Of a stretch of 64,000 bases of DNA, positions 9,932-19,212 are shown piece after piece. The DNA is from Deinococcales bacterium. Lineage in GTDB: Bacteria; Deinococcota; Deinococci; Deinococcales; JAAFIG01. The translations under genes and the position numbers were made by a program. Every line of letters starts with the position of its first letter. Within the stretch, counting starts at the first letter, position 1. The DNA lies in contig JAYWGM010000048.1 in the NCBI GenBank assembly GCA_043778225.1, forward strand, positions 25,238 to 89,237, given 5' to 3'. Below the pieces are notes generated by a model, which saw nothing but the letters and a program-made list of their open reading frames with translations, had not been told where the DNA came from and ran no database searches.

Positions 9932-11146
9932 ATGCTCAAAGGTCTGCATCTCAAAAATTTTAAGTCATGGCGCGAAGCGAACGTAACTTTAGCGCCAATT
10001 ACAGGTTTTTTTGGAGCAAACAGCAGTGGCAAAAGCAGCTTATTGCAAGCGCTTTTACTGATGAAACAGACAGTAGAAAGTTCTGACCAGCAGCAATTAT
10101 TCGATTTTGGTAATGAAAAGACGTATGTTGACTTAGGTTCTTACAAGAATATTATTTTTCAAGCTCAATTTCAGCAAAAGTTAAGTCTAGGATTAAAATT
10201 TCAACATAAAGATAATAATTTTTATTTAGGTACTACGGTTGGATTTGATAAAGAGAATCAGGATTCTGTTATTAGTTATGGTGTATTTTTTGAGTTAGAT
10301 GGGATAATCGTAGATAGTAGTCCAAATACAAAAAATGGTAAGTTTTATAGTGCTTATGATGAAAAAAATACGCATGATCCAAAAGGAATAATTTGGAAAG
10401 TAGACCTATTTTTTGAACATACTTTGTCAAATCTTCGGTATGTTGGACCTTTGCGTGAACCCCCGAAAAGAACCTATCTCTGGTCTGGGTCTGCACCTTC
10501 TAACGTTGGTAAATCTGGCGAAAATACTGTTGCTGCACTACTCGCGGCTCGAGCCAAAGGTACTCTGGTCAATGGTCAACCGCTCGAGGTGGTGATTTCC
10601 GAAAAACTCCAACAACTTGGATTAATTCATTCTTTTCGGCTCGAGGAACTGCGCGAAGGTACAAATATCTTTCGGGTGTTGTTACAACTGACTCCCGAAT
10701 CGCCCGAAGTTTCGCTGACCGATGTGGGCTTTGGTGTTTCGCAGCTTTTGCCTGTGCTGGTACTGCTTTATTATGTGCCAGAAGGCAGCACGATTATTCT
10801 TGAGCAGCCAGAATTGCATTTGCATCCGAGTGTCCAATCGGGTTTGGCAGATATTCTCATAGATGCCCATAAAACCCGTGGGGTACAGATTTTGCTCGAG
10901 AGTCATTCGGAGCATTTGTTGCAGCGTTTGCAGCGCCGAATTGCCGAAGAAAGCATCACACCTGAAGATGTAAAATTATACTTTTGTTCGCTCGAGCATG
11001 GTGAATCAAAACTAACGCCGCTCGAATTGGACGAGTATGGCAATATCCATAATTACCCTAAGGATTTTTTCGGAGACCGATTTGATGAAGTTGCTGCAAC
11101 AGCCGAAGCTGGGATTAAACGCCGATTGGATCTCGTGGGTACTTAA
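9932..11146 (+). CDS. ABC-type ATPase (AAA_15/AAA_21-like) with C-terminal DUF3696-like domain
   Basis: LKNFKS, Walker A GANSSGKSS, signature DVGFGVSQ, Walker B ILEQPELHLHP, ESHSEH, LDEYGNIHNYPKDFF; ATG 6 nt after TACAAT. Confidence 0.88.
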   Translation: MLKGLHLKNFKSWREANVTLAPITGFFGANSSGKSSLLQALLLMKQTVESSDQQQLFDFGNEKTYVDLGSYKNIIFQAQFQQKLSLGLKFQHKDNNFYLGTTVGFDKENQDSVISYGVFFELDGIIVDSSPNTKNGKFYSAYDEKNTHDPKGIIWKVDLFFEHTLSNLRYVGPLREPPKRTYLWSGSAPSNVGKSGENTVAALLAARAKGTLVNGQPLEVVISEKLQQLGLIHSFRLEELREGTNIFRVLLQLTPESPEVSLTDVGFGVSQLLPVLVLLYYVPEGSTIILEQPELHLHPSVQSGLADILIDAHKTRGVQILLESHSEHLLQRLQRRIAEESITPEDVKLYFCSLEHGESKLTPLELDEYGNIHNYPKDFFGDRFDEVAATAEAGIKRRLDLVGT

Positions 11147-11661
11147 TGCCAGCTTTTGTGGTAGATGACAATTTGCTGATTGTGGCAGAAAAAGCGGTTG
11201 CTGATGAACATACTTCCGAAACTTGTCGGCAAAATTGTATTTATGCTTTGCGGCAAGCTCAAAAAAATGTAGTCGTGCTGGATAAATCCGATCAAATTCT
11301 AGCTGGTTATCTTCAAAAACTTCGACCGCTGCGTAAGGGTTTAGCAGGCTCAGAATTTTTAATCTGGTTGCTGCAAAATCAGTATCATCCAAGTTATTGC
11401 GAACGGGTAGCAATTACGCCACTCAATGATAGTTTTGCAGAAGTACCACCTGAGATTAGAGAAAAGAGCGCATCTGGACAGCGTTTTGACCGTAAGGATC
11501 ACAAATGGTTGGCTGTGGCTCGAGCTAGTGCAAACAGCCCTGTAATTTTGAATGCAACGGATACGGACTGGCGTGATTGGTTGGGGTTACTCGGGCAGAA
11601 TGATTTTTTGATTCGGTTTGTCTGTCCAGAATTGATGGTTACTGATGCTAAACCAGCTTAA
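11146..11661 (+). CDS. Putative PIN-like nuclease, translationally coupled to the ATPase
   Basis: N-terminal FVVDDNLL, later DRKDHKWLAVA and NATDTDW acidic motifs; TAATG overlap with the ATPase stop. Confidence 0.6.
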   Translation: MPAFVVDDNLLIVAEKAVADEHTSETCRQNCIYALRQAQKNVVVLDKSDQILAGYLQKLRPLRKGLAGSEFLIWLLQNQYHPSYCERVAITPLNDSFAEVPPEIREKSASGQRFDRKDHKWLAVARASANSPVILNATDTDWRDWLGLLGQNDFLIRFVCPELMVTDAKPA

Positions 11662-13303
11662 AACGCAACTCGAGGACAGCAAAGCGCCGTTTTTACTGGC
11701 GGTGTCTGGTGGGCGTGACTCAATGGCATTACTGCATTTAGCTCATGCCGCTAAGCTCGAGATTTGTGTGGCGCACCTTGACCATACCCTGCGTGAAAAC
11801 TCGAGCCTCGATGCAGAATTTGTCCGAGAAGTCTGTGCAGGACTCGAGATACCTTTTTTTTCGGAAACCATTGCAGTCTCGAGCATTGCCACCAAACGCG
11901 GCTGGTCGCTCGAGGAAGCCGCCCGAAATGTGCGCTATGAATTTCTGTCTCGAGTTGCCAAGAAAAATAGCTGCCAAACAATCCTAACCGCTCATACGCT
12001 CGAGGACAATGCTGAAACGATTTTAATGCAACTGCTGCGCGGTACAGCCAAGGCGACTGGCATACCGCCACAAAATGGACGAGTGTTCCGACCGCTACTG
12101 GGGATTTCAAAAACAGAACTCGAGACTTATTTGCTCGAGCATGGTCTAACTTGGCGTGAAGACCCTAGCAACACCAGCCCCCAATTTACCCGAAACTGGG
12201 TGCGTCTTGAGATTCTGCCGCGCTTAACCGAACGTTTTCCCAACACTGTTCAACGCCTTGCAAGATACGCCACAATTTCGAGGGATGAAGACACGTTTCT
12301 CGAGCAGCTTTCGACAATTCCAGTCTGGACTGACCTACGACTCGAGCAAAAAGCCATTCAACGCCGTGTGATTCGTAAAATCCTTGAGCAAAGTGGTGTG
12401 CCAATAGATTATACCCACATTGAGAGCCTTAGAACTGCCCTCGAGCAATCGCAGACCACCAGAATTTCATTGCCCAATGATTTTGTGGGTCTTGTCCAAA
12501 ACGGTAAAATCAATATCCATCCATCAACCGTAGGGGCGACCCTTGTGGTCGCCCTGCTCAATTCAAATGCTGTTACAGGGCGGGTACAAGACCCGCCCCT
12601 ACAAAATCAGGGGTTTGAATCAGCGCTCGAGTTGGCGCAAAAGGCTTTTCCAAATGCGGTTTTGCGTATCCGAGAAAACGGCGATTTTATAACTTTGTCT
12701 GGTGGCACAAAAAAACTTTCTCAAGTCCTGATTGACCGTAAAATTACTCGAGAAATCCGCGACCACATTCGGGTGTTGGCGATTGGGCAAAAAATTGTTT
12801 TTGTCGGTCTCGAGCCACCACTTTTGGATGCCAGTTTGCCAGCCCCCAAAGACCCCGAACTCGAGGCAATGAAAGTGGCAATACAACAAGCCCAAATCGC
12901 GGCAACTCTGGGCGAAGTGCCAGTTGGGGCGGTCATTTTGTACAACAACTCAGTGATTGCCAAAGCCCACAACCAATCTCGAGCTTTATCCGACATGACC
13001 CAACACGCTGAAATTGAGGTTCTACGGACGGCGGCTCGAGTTTTGAAGACACCATACCTGACCGATTGTACTCTGGTCGTCACGCTCGAGCCATGCCTGA
13101 TGTGCCTTGGTGCAGCCCTTGAAGCTCGGGTGGGGCGGATTGTTTTTGCGGCTCGCAATCCAAAGAGCGGTGCATTAGGCAGTGTTTTGGATGCGACTCG
13201 AGCCAATTGGAATCATGGCTTTACGGTGCGAACGGGTTTACTCGAGCAAAAAGCACAATTGTTGTTAAGCACTTTTTTCTCGAGCAAACGCGACAAACCG
13301 TAG
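11645..13303 (+). CDS. tilS: tRNA(Ile)-lysidine synthase fused to a C-terminal TadA-type tRNA adenosine deaminase
   Basis: PP-loop AVSGGRDS, HLDH, ARNVRY, AHTLEDNAET, EDPSN, RNWVR; C-terminal GEVPVGAV, HAE, TLEPCLMC. Confidence 0.93.
   Translation: MLNQLKTQLEDSKAPFLLAVSGGRDSMALLHLAHAAKLEICVAHLDHTLRENSSLDAEFVREVCAGLEIPFFSETIAVSSIATKRGWSLEEAARNVRYEFLSRVAKKNSCQTILTAHTLEDNAETILMQLLRGTAKATGIPPQNGRVFRPLLGISKTELETYLLEHGLTWREDPSNTSPQFTRNWVRLEILPRLTERFPNTVQRLARYATISRDEDTFLEQLSTIPVWTDLRLEQKAIQRRVIRKILEQSGVPIDYTHIESLRTALEQSQTTRISLPNDFVGLVQNGKINIHPSTVGATLVVALLNSNAVTGRVQDPPLQNQGFESALELAQKAFPNAVLRIRENGDFITLSGGTKKLSQVLIDRKITREIRDHIRVLAIGQKIVFVGLEPPLLDASLPAPKDPELEAMKVAIQQAQIAATLGEVPVGAVILYNNSVIAKAHNQSRALSDMTQHAEIEVLRTAARVLKTPYLTDCTLVVTLEPCLMCLGAALEARVGRIVFAARNPKSGALGSVLDATRANWNHGFTVRTGLLEQKAQLLLSTFFSSKRDKP
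12530..12602. repeat. GTAG-type REP doublet (REPIN-like) inside the tilS reading frame
   Basis: GTAGGGGCGACCCTTGTGGTCGCCC (12530-12554) and inverted GGGCGGGTACAAGACCCGCCCCTAC (12578-12602). Confidence 0.85.
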
Positions 13304-13316
13304 CCTCGCTCTGATT

Positions 13317-15032
13317 TTAGGCATATTGCAATTTGACTTGCTGCTCTGCTATAAACTGCGTCTCGAGCCTAGCCCGATGCTCGAGAACAGCACTGGTGAT
13401 GGCGTGCTTTAATTCAGGTAAACCAAGTTTTTGCTGTGCCGAGACACGAATTCCGCCAAGTCGATCTTCGAGGGTGTCCATATCAAATGGGTCGGCTCGG
13501 TCGCTTTTATTTAAGACCAAAAGCCGTGGAATACCATCTAGCTCGAGTTCGCTTAAAATCCCTTCGACCGCCTTATGGCGCTCAAGGGCATCTTCGGCAC
13601 TGGCATCCAACACGTGCATCAGTACATCGACATCCAAAAGCTCTTCGAGGGTGCTGCGAAAAGCCCGTTTTAAGTCGGTTGGCAATTCGCGGATAAACCC
13701 GACCGTATCGGTAAAAACAATTTCGCCATAATCTGGCAAAAAACCGCGCCGGCTGGTTGGCGCGAGGGTTGCAAAAAGTTTATTTTCGGCAAGTACACTC
13801 GAGTGGGTCAGTGCGTTCAGCAAGGTAGACTTGCCAGCATTGGTGTAGCCAACGATTGCCACATTGGGAATACCGCTCTTCAAACGGCTCTTGCGCCGTT
13901 CTTGCTGGCGGTTGTTGAGGTCGCGCAGGGTCTGCTCGAGAAAAGTGATGCGGTCGTTGATGCGGCGGCGGTCAAGCTCAAGTTTGGTTTCGCCAGGTCC
14001 GCGAGTGCCAATAGCGCCGCCCGAACCAGCCGCACCACCACCAATTTTACTTAACTTTGTACCTTGCCCAAGTAATCGTGGTTTCATGTACTGCAACTGC
14101 GCCAATTCGACTTGCAGTTTAGATTCTGGTCCACTGGCGTGCTGGGCAAAAATATCAAGGATTAATTGGTTGCGGTCAATGATTTTTAGGTTGGTGGACT
14201 TTTCGATCTCTCGAGCTTGGGCTGGGTTTAAGCCCTCGCCAAAAATCAGCACATCAGCATCCAAATGGTATGCTCGACTGGTCAATTCCTCGAGTTTACC
14301 GCGCCCAATTAAGGTATCGGCTTTGGCAAATTTACGAAAGACCAGTTCTTGGTAAACCACAACCGCGCCAGCCGTGCGGGCAAGCTCGGATAACTCCTCG
14401 AGGGCGGCTTCGGCATTGATTCCAGTGCCTCGGTCGAGTTGCACCAAAATCGCTCGTTCCTCGCTGCTGCGCTTGGTTTCACGCACTTTTTGGGTACGGG
14501 TAAATTCTTCTTCGAGCGCTCGGGTATTGGCGGCAATATCCCAGTTCTCGAGGGCTTGGACAGTTTGCGGTGCGTAAATGCGCCAATCTTCTTCCTCGAG
14601 TTTGGCGTTGGGCGGCGTTAAATGTGCCAAGTGTGCATCGCCGGGTATGCCACCACCTTTAACTTCGATTGCCACAATCGCATCCAAGCGATTCAAAAAC
14701 AGGGTGGATAAATCCGACTTAGAAAGCGGCGCGGCTTTGGGATGGGCATGAACCAACCACAGACCACGCAAACGACTTTCGGCTTCGCGCCCACGCTCGA
14801 GGTTTGGAAATTCGGTTCGGCTGGCATCGCCGACCGAAACCGTAACCACTCGCCCACGGCGGTCTATTAAGACACAGACTTCGCGGTTAATCTCGAGTGC
14901 CAGTTCGGTTAGGCTACGTGCCAATTCTGGGGTTACAGCCGTGTTGGGCGGCACTTTACGACGGTACAAATTAGACAAGAGTTTGAGAACGCTGGGCTTT
15001 AAGCCACTGACATGACCATGTACTTTTTCCGT
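13317..15032 (-). CDS. hflX: Ribosome-splitting GTPase HflX (long form); probable non-canonical ACG start
   Basis: LILDIFA, RGPGETKLE, GYTNAGKSTL, DTVGF, NKSD; frame extends 18 codons upstream of TTG 14978 to ACG, with SD AGGAGGT at 15037-15043. Confidence 0.93.
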   Translation of the reverse strand, partial: TEKVHGHVSGLKPSVLKLLSNLYRRKVPPNTAVTPELARSLTELALEINREVCVLIDRRGRVVTVSVGDASRTEFPNLERGREAESRLRGLWLVHAHPKAAPLSKSDLSTLFLNRLDAIVAIEVKGGGIPGDAHLAHLTPPNAKLEEEDWRIYAPQTVQALENWDIAANTRALEEEFTRTQKVRETKRSSEERAILVQLDRGTGINAEAALEELSELARTAGAVVVYQELVFRKFAKADTLIGRGKLEELTSRAYHLDADVLIFGEGLNPAQAREIEKSTNLKIIDRNQLILDIFAQHASGPESKLQVELAQLQYMKPRLLGQGTKLSKIGGGAAGSGGAIGTRGPGETKLELDRRRINDRITFLEQTLRDLNNRQQERRKSRLKSGIPNVAIVGYTNAGKSTLLNALTHSSVLAENKLFATLAPTSRRGFLPDYGEIVFTDTVGFIRELPTDLKRAFRSTLEELLDVDVLMHVLDASAEDALERHKAVEGILSELELDGIPRLLVLNKSDRADPFDMDTLEDRLGGIRVSAQQKLGLPELKHAITSAVLEHRARLETQFIAEQQVKLQYA

Positions 15033-15177
15033 AATGACCTCCTAAGACGACAAAACCTCGAGAACGCTTGGTGCGTCGTCTCGAGGTGGGATGAATGTTT
15101 TCAACTTGGAGGTATTGTACCGCGTTTTTTTAAGAAGATTGTGCGCCAGTTGACTTAAAACCACTAAGCCCAAGGGC

Positions 15178-15378
15178 TTAGGCTTCGGGTAGGATGCCGC
15201 GATTACGGCGACGGTCTACACTGTTTTGCAGGGTTTCGGCTTCGCGTTCTTCGGCAAGCATATCTGCCCATTCGCCAAGGTTGCGGATACCGGCTTCGAC
15301 TGCTTCGACTGGAGTACGGAATTTTGTACCCTCGAGAAAACGCAGTGTGGCTCGTTTCATGTAATTTGTACGCTTCAT
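15178..15378 (-). CDS. Small hypothetical protein
   Basis: SD GGAGG before ATG; 66 aa, helical and charged. Confidence 0.55.
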   Translation of the reverse strand: MKRTNYMKRATLRFLEGTKFRTPVEAVEAGIRNLGEWADMLAEEREAETLQNSVDRRRNRGILPEA

Positions 15379-15532
15379 AAACCCCTCCAGGGTGGTGTTA
15401 GGTTGTGCCTAACCTTTGAATGGATTTATCCTAGCAAACCAAGCGTCATACAATCGTCAAAAACTTTTTTGGAGGTGAGTACCTAAGTACACGTCAAAAC
15501 TTTTAACCCGCACCTAAAAGCGTGAATTCCGA

Positions 15533-15969
15533 TACGGTAATCGTGCCAAAACGAACCGAAAGGAATTCACCTATGCAGCATACCGCAACTAAATTACTCG
15601 AGCTAACCCAAGCCAATCTCAACTAGGACATCCGAAGACAACGTTTCATCATTGCTTTCGTCCTCGCTTTAATTGCAGTACGAACCGTCAATCTGACCCA
15701 AATAGCTGTTCACATGAACGCAAGTCAGTCAAAGCTAATGTACCGTACAATCCAACGTTTTTTCTTGATCCCAACACGCACTTGACGGGCGGGATCGCTT
15801 TCAGAGTTTTCGTCCTGATAGTCACGCTTTCCTCAAATTTCTACTATCCCTACTACCAGATGAACCATTGACCTTAATCATGAACCGAACCAACTGGGAT
15901 TACGGCAAGATTCACATTAACTACTTGGTGATTGGTGTTCTTTACCAAAGCACAGTCATACCCTTTTGA
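15533..15969 (+). pseudogene. Decayed IS4-family (IS10/ISAba1-like) transposase 5' fragment
   Basis: ATG 15573, stop 15624; LIAVRTVNLTQIA..YRTIQRFF; frameshifted LIMNRTNWDYGKIHINYLVIGV..IPF (first catalytic D appears as N); truncated. Confidence 0.8.
15763..15798 (-). mobile_element. Micro-element copy (36 bp) inserted in the IS remnant
   Basis: Reverse complement GCGATCCCGCCCGTCAAGTGCGTGTTGGGATCAAGA; removal restores IQRFFSEF. Confidence 0.85.
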
Positions 15970-16446
15970 GCAAAGTTTATTTCGTATTGGACTGGATTTT
16001 TTACGTGGACTAATTTTTGATGGTTCTCTCGAGAAACGTGAAAATCGACTTGTCTTTGGAGTTTTGACGTGTACTTAGATTTACCATAGAAGGTTTCTCG
16101 AGTCTGACTGCTTATCGGGCTAACTTTGTTCAATCGGTGCATTTGCTTAAAGTAGCTTTACTCGGCGAGAAAGCGGGGACTTTGCCTAAAATTCAAGAAC
16201 GAATTCTCGAGTATGGGCAACAGCATTAAATACCTTCGGACTCAAATTAAAAAACCGTACAGAATTCTAGGTAGCTCATCACAATTTGACTTGGGCGCTG
16301 ATTAAATCCGCCAAGGCTCGAGCCGCATTGCTTTGCTTTGCCAACCAAGTTTCGACCAATTTCATTGTCTTGGATGGTGCAGTACAGAGTAGTATTACAA
16401 ATTCTCCCACTCTGTACAGAACCGTCATTAGCTCGAGATAAAAAGT

Positions 16447-19116
16447 TTACGGCAAGCGAATGGTCAATGCCCCAAGGATAACGTCAATCGGAGTAAGTTG
16501 GTCGCCTGTTGTTACTCCGTTACCAAGTTGCCCTTCGGTGTCATCGCCCCAACTGAACATTTTACCGTCTGACTTGAGTGCCAACGAATGCAAACCGCCA
16601 GCCGCAATCGCCACAATGTTGGTCGCACCACCAACGACGGTTGGAGTGGATTTATCGGCAAGTGGTGTTCCATCGCCAAGTTGTCCTTTTTCGTCCGAAC
16701 CCCAAGTCAGCACCGTTCCGTCCTTTTTTAATGCCACAGAATGATTGAGACCAGCCGCAATTGCCACGATGTTGTTGGAGTTACTGCCGCCAACTGCAAC
16801 TGGTGTCGTTCTATCTGTACTTGAGCCGTCGCCGAGTTCGCCACTAAAATTTGCGCCCCAAGCCAGCAGTGTGCCGTCTGATTTGAGGGCTAAAGAAAAA
16901 CTCCGACCCGCCGCAATTGCCACAATGTTGGTTGCATCTTGTACTGGTACAGGTGTCGTCGAAGACACTCCGCCAGCAGCATTATCGCCAAGTTGCCCGA
17001 AATCATCCGAACCCCAAGCCAGTATTGTTCCGTCTGATTTGAGTGCCAAAGAATGTTTTTCACCGGCTGCAATGGCAACAGTGTTGCTTGTGCCTGGCAC
17101 TAAGGTTGGTGTCGTGTTGTTAGGTGCAGTGTTGCCTAGTTGTTTGTCACGATTATCACCCCAACTGTACACATTGCCGTCGTCTCTTAATGCCAGTGAA
17201 TGGTTTGTGCCTGTGGCTATCGAAGTAAATTTGAAGGTCACGCCGACATCTACAGGAACGGATGTCGAATTAATAGAGCCTTGTAGGTTATTGCCAAGTT
17301 GTCCGTGGGTGTTATCGCCCCAACTGATGAGCGAACCATCGGTTTTGAGTGCCAGCGAATAAAATCCACCTGCGGAAACCGCCACGATGTTGGTGTTCTT
17401 TGCGCCACTGACCGCTACAGGTGTGGGTGAGTTATTCAGGTTACTTGTGCCGAGTTGACCAAAAGCCCCTTGTCCCCAAGCCAAGACGGTGTTGTCTGAT
17501 TTTAAGGCTAAAGTATGGTGTTGACCACCACTGATACTGGCTTGGTTTGGATTGATGCTGATAAAAATGGTTTTTTTCTGGGTTGGGTCTTGGACACTAC
17601 TTGCAGTAATCCGTACAATCCGTCCAACAGAAGTGTTTGGGGCGGAATAGGTGTTGGTGGTGCCAAATCCGGTATTTTGCAGCGAACCATTGCCACTCGA
17701 GAGTGTCCCAATACCATCGTTTTCGATCTTCCAAGTCGAGTTTGGATTGAATTGATTCACATTACCACTCGAGGTCACTGTGGCGCTCAGTTGGGTTGAC
17801 TCACCAGTTTTTAAGGCTGACTTTGCGGCGGTCAAGGTCACACCCGTGATACTGGCTGGTTTGATGGTCATGGTGATTGTGCCAAATTTGCTCGAATCCC
17901 CAGTGCTGGTAGCTTTAATCTCCACTGTACGTTCTCTGGCATCGGCACCTGGAACACTAAAAGTGATGGATGAACCTGTGGGGTTAATCAGAATTGCATT
18001 GTCAGTGGTGACAATGCTCCAAGTCACGGCATTACTAAACGTACCATTGCCTGTAACCGTGGCGGTCAGCGTGGTGTTTGTGGCAGGCAACACAGTTGTG
18101 GCAGGCGCACTGATGGTCACGGCAGTCACACCTGGAGTGGCGGCTGTGATGCTCAGGCTGACTTCGCCAAATTTGCTGGCATCCTGATTGCTGGTGGCAC
18201 GAATCACAGTTGTGCCATTTGGGGCAGTAGCAGGAATCGAAAAAACCACGGGTGAACCTGTCGTGGCAGACAATGAACCTACTCCACTGGTAATGCTCCA
18301 AGTGACTGCATTACTAAACGTACCTGTTCCTACGACCACAGCACTTAAATTGGCTTGTGTTCCGCCACTGACAATCGGCATGTCTGAACTGGCAGTCACC
18401 GAAGTAATACTCGAGTTTGTGCCTTGAAACGTAGTCAGGATTGTATTTTGTAATGTCAGAGTATAGGCGTTCCCAGCCAAATCGGTTAGGCTCGAGCTAA
18501 CCAGCAGTGCATAGGAAATAGCGGATTGTGCCGAGGTTGTCAGGGTCACGGTTTTGTTATCTGCCGCAACACTGGCAGCACTTACAGTTAATCCCTGTGA
18601 TGGAAAACTAAAATTCGTAGCTAAATTCCCCCCTGCAATGGCTTCACTAAAGACCACGGTCACACTGGTGTTGCTTGCGGCGGTTGTACTTACCACCGTT
18701 GGAGGCGTGGTATCCCCAGTAACAGGTGCGGCGGTCACGGTCAATTTGAAGGGAATGGTTTTGGTCAGAGAACCCGAAATGCCTTTGATAGTCAGGGTTG
18801 TCTCGCCCAGAGCAGCATTAGCGGCAACGTTCACAGTCAAGGTGCTGGTGCTTGAGGTCGAAACTGGATTAAAGCTGCTGGTCACACCTGTAGGCGCTCC
18901 TTCGAGACTCAGCGCTACCGAATTTGCAAAACCCCCCGTTTTGGTTAAGCTAACCGCAAGTGTCCCTGATTGGGTTCTTTTAACCGTGAGGCTCGAGTTA
19001 TCCAAACTTAAACTAAAATCTGGTACTGGAGCAGGGGCTGGCGGACAGGCAACCAAACCAACCATCAAGAAACCCGCCAAAAGTGTTTTGCCAATAAAAC
19101 CAATCTTGAACTGCAT
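16447..19116 (-). CDS. Surface lipoprotein with several Ig-like domains and a C-terminal RCC1/BLIP-II beta-propeller
   Basis: Lipobox GLVAC; DFSLSL, DTTPPTV, AVTWSI Ig-like repeats; seven AIAAGxxHSLALKSDGTxxxWGxxxxGQLG repeats; SD GGAGGT. Confidence 0.9.
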   Translation of the reverse strand: MQFKIGFIGKTLLAGFLMVGLVACPPAPAPVPDFSLSLDNSSLTVKRTQSGTLAVSLTKTGGFANSVALSLEGAPTGVTSSFNPVSTSSTSTLTVNVAANAALGETTLTIKGISGSLTKTIPFKLTVTAAPVTGDTTPPTVVSTTAASNTSVTVVFSEAIAGGNLATNFSFPSQGLTVSAASVAADNKTVTLTTSAQSAISYALLVSSSLTDLAGNAYTLTLQNTILTTFQGTNSSITSVTASSDMPIVSGGTQANLSAVVVGTGTFSNAVTWSITSGVGSLSATTGSPVVFSIPATAPNGTTVIRATSNQDASKFGEVSLSITAATPGVTAVTISAPATTVLPATNTTLTATVTGNGTFSNAVTWSIVTTDNAILINPTGSSITFSVPGADARERTVEIKATSTGDSSKFGTITMTIKPASITGVTLTAAKSALKTGESTQLSATVTSSGNVNQFNPNSTWKIENDGIGTLSSGNGSLQNTGFGTTNTYSAPNTSVGRIVRITASSVQDPTQKKTIFISINPNQASISGGQHHTLALKSDNTVLAWGQGAFGQLGTSNLNNSPTPVAVSGAKNTNIVAVSAGGFYSLALKTDGSLISWGDNTHGQLGNNLQGSINSTSVPVDVGVTFKFTSIATGTNHSLALRDDGNVYSWGDNRDKQLGNTAPNNTTPTLVPGTSNTVAIAAGEKHSLALKSDGTILAWGSDDFGQLGDNAAGGVSSTTPVPVQDATNIVAIAAGRSFSLALKSDGTLLAWGANFSGELGDGSSTDRTTPVAVGGSNSNNIVAIAAGLNHSVALKKDGTVLTWGSDEKGQLGDGTPLADKSTPTVVGGATNIVAIAAGGLHSLALKSDGKMFSWGDDTEGQLGNGVTTGDQLTPIDVILGALTIRLP

Positions 19117-19212
19117 ACCTACCTCCATAGAGAACTGCGAATAACCTTAACAAGCGGGGTGAGTGGCTTTGATGTTTTCAAAAGCAGCAATGAACGCAAA
19201 CCCGTTAGATAC

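Noticed and set aside
15970..16440. Possible gene or IS right end downstream of the transposase remnant (ORF 15942..16142; GTACAGAGT..ACTCTGTAC inverted repeat near 16382-16417)
   Set aside because: Only short interrupted frames; I could not match a convincing TIR to the left end, and the hairpin may simply terminate the lipoprotein gene
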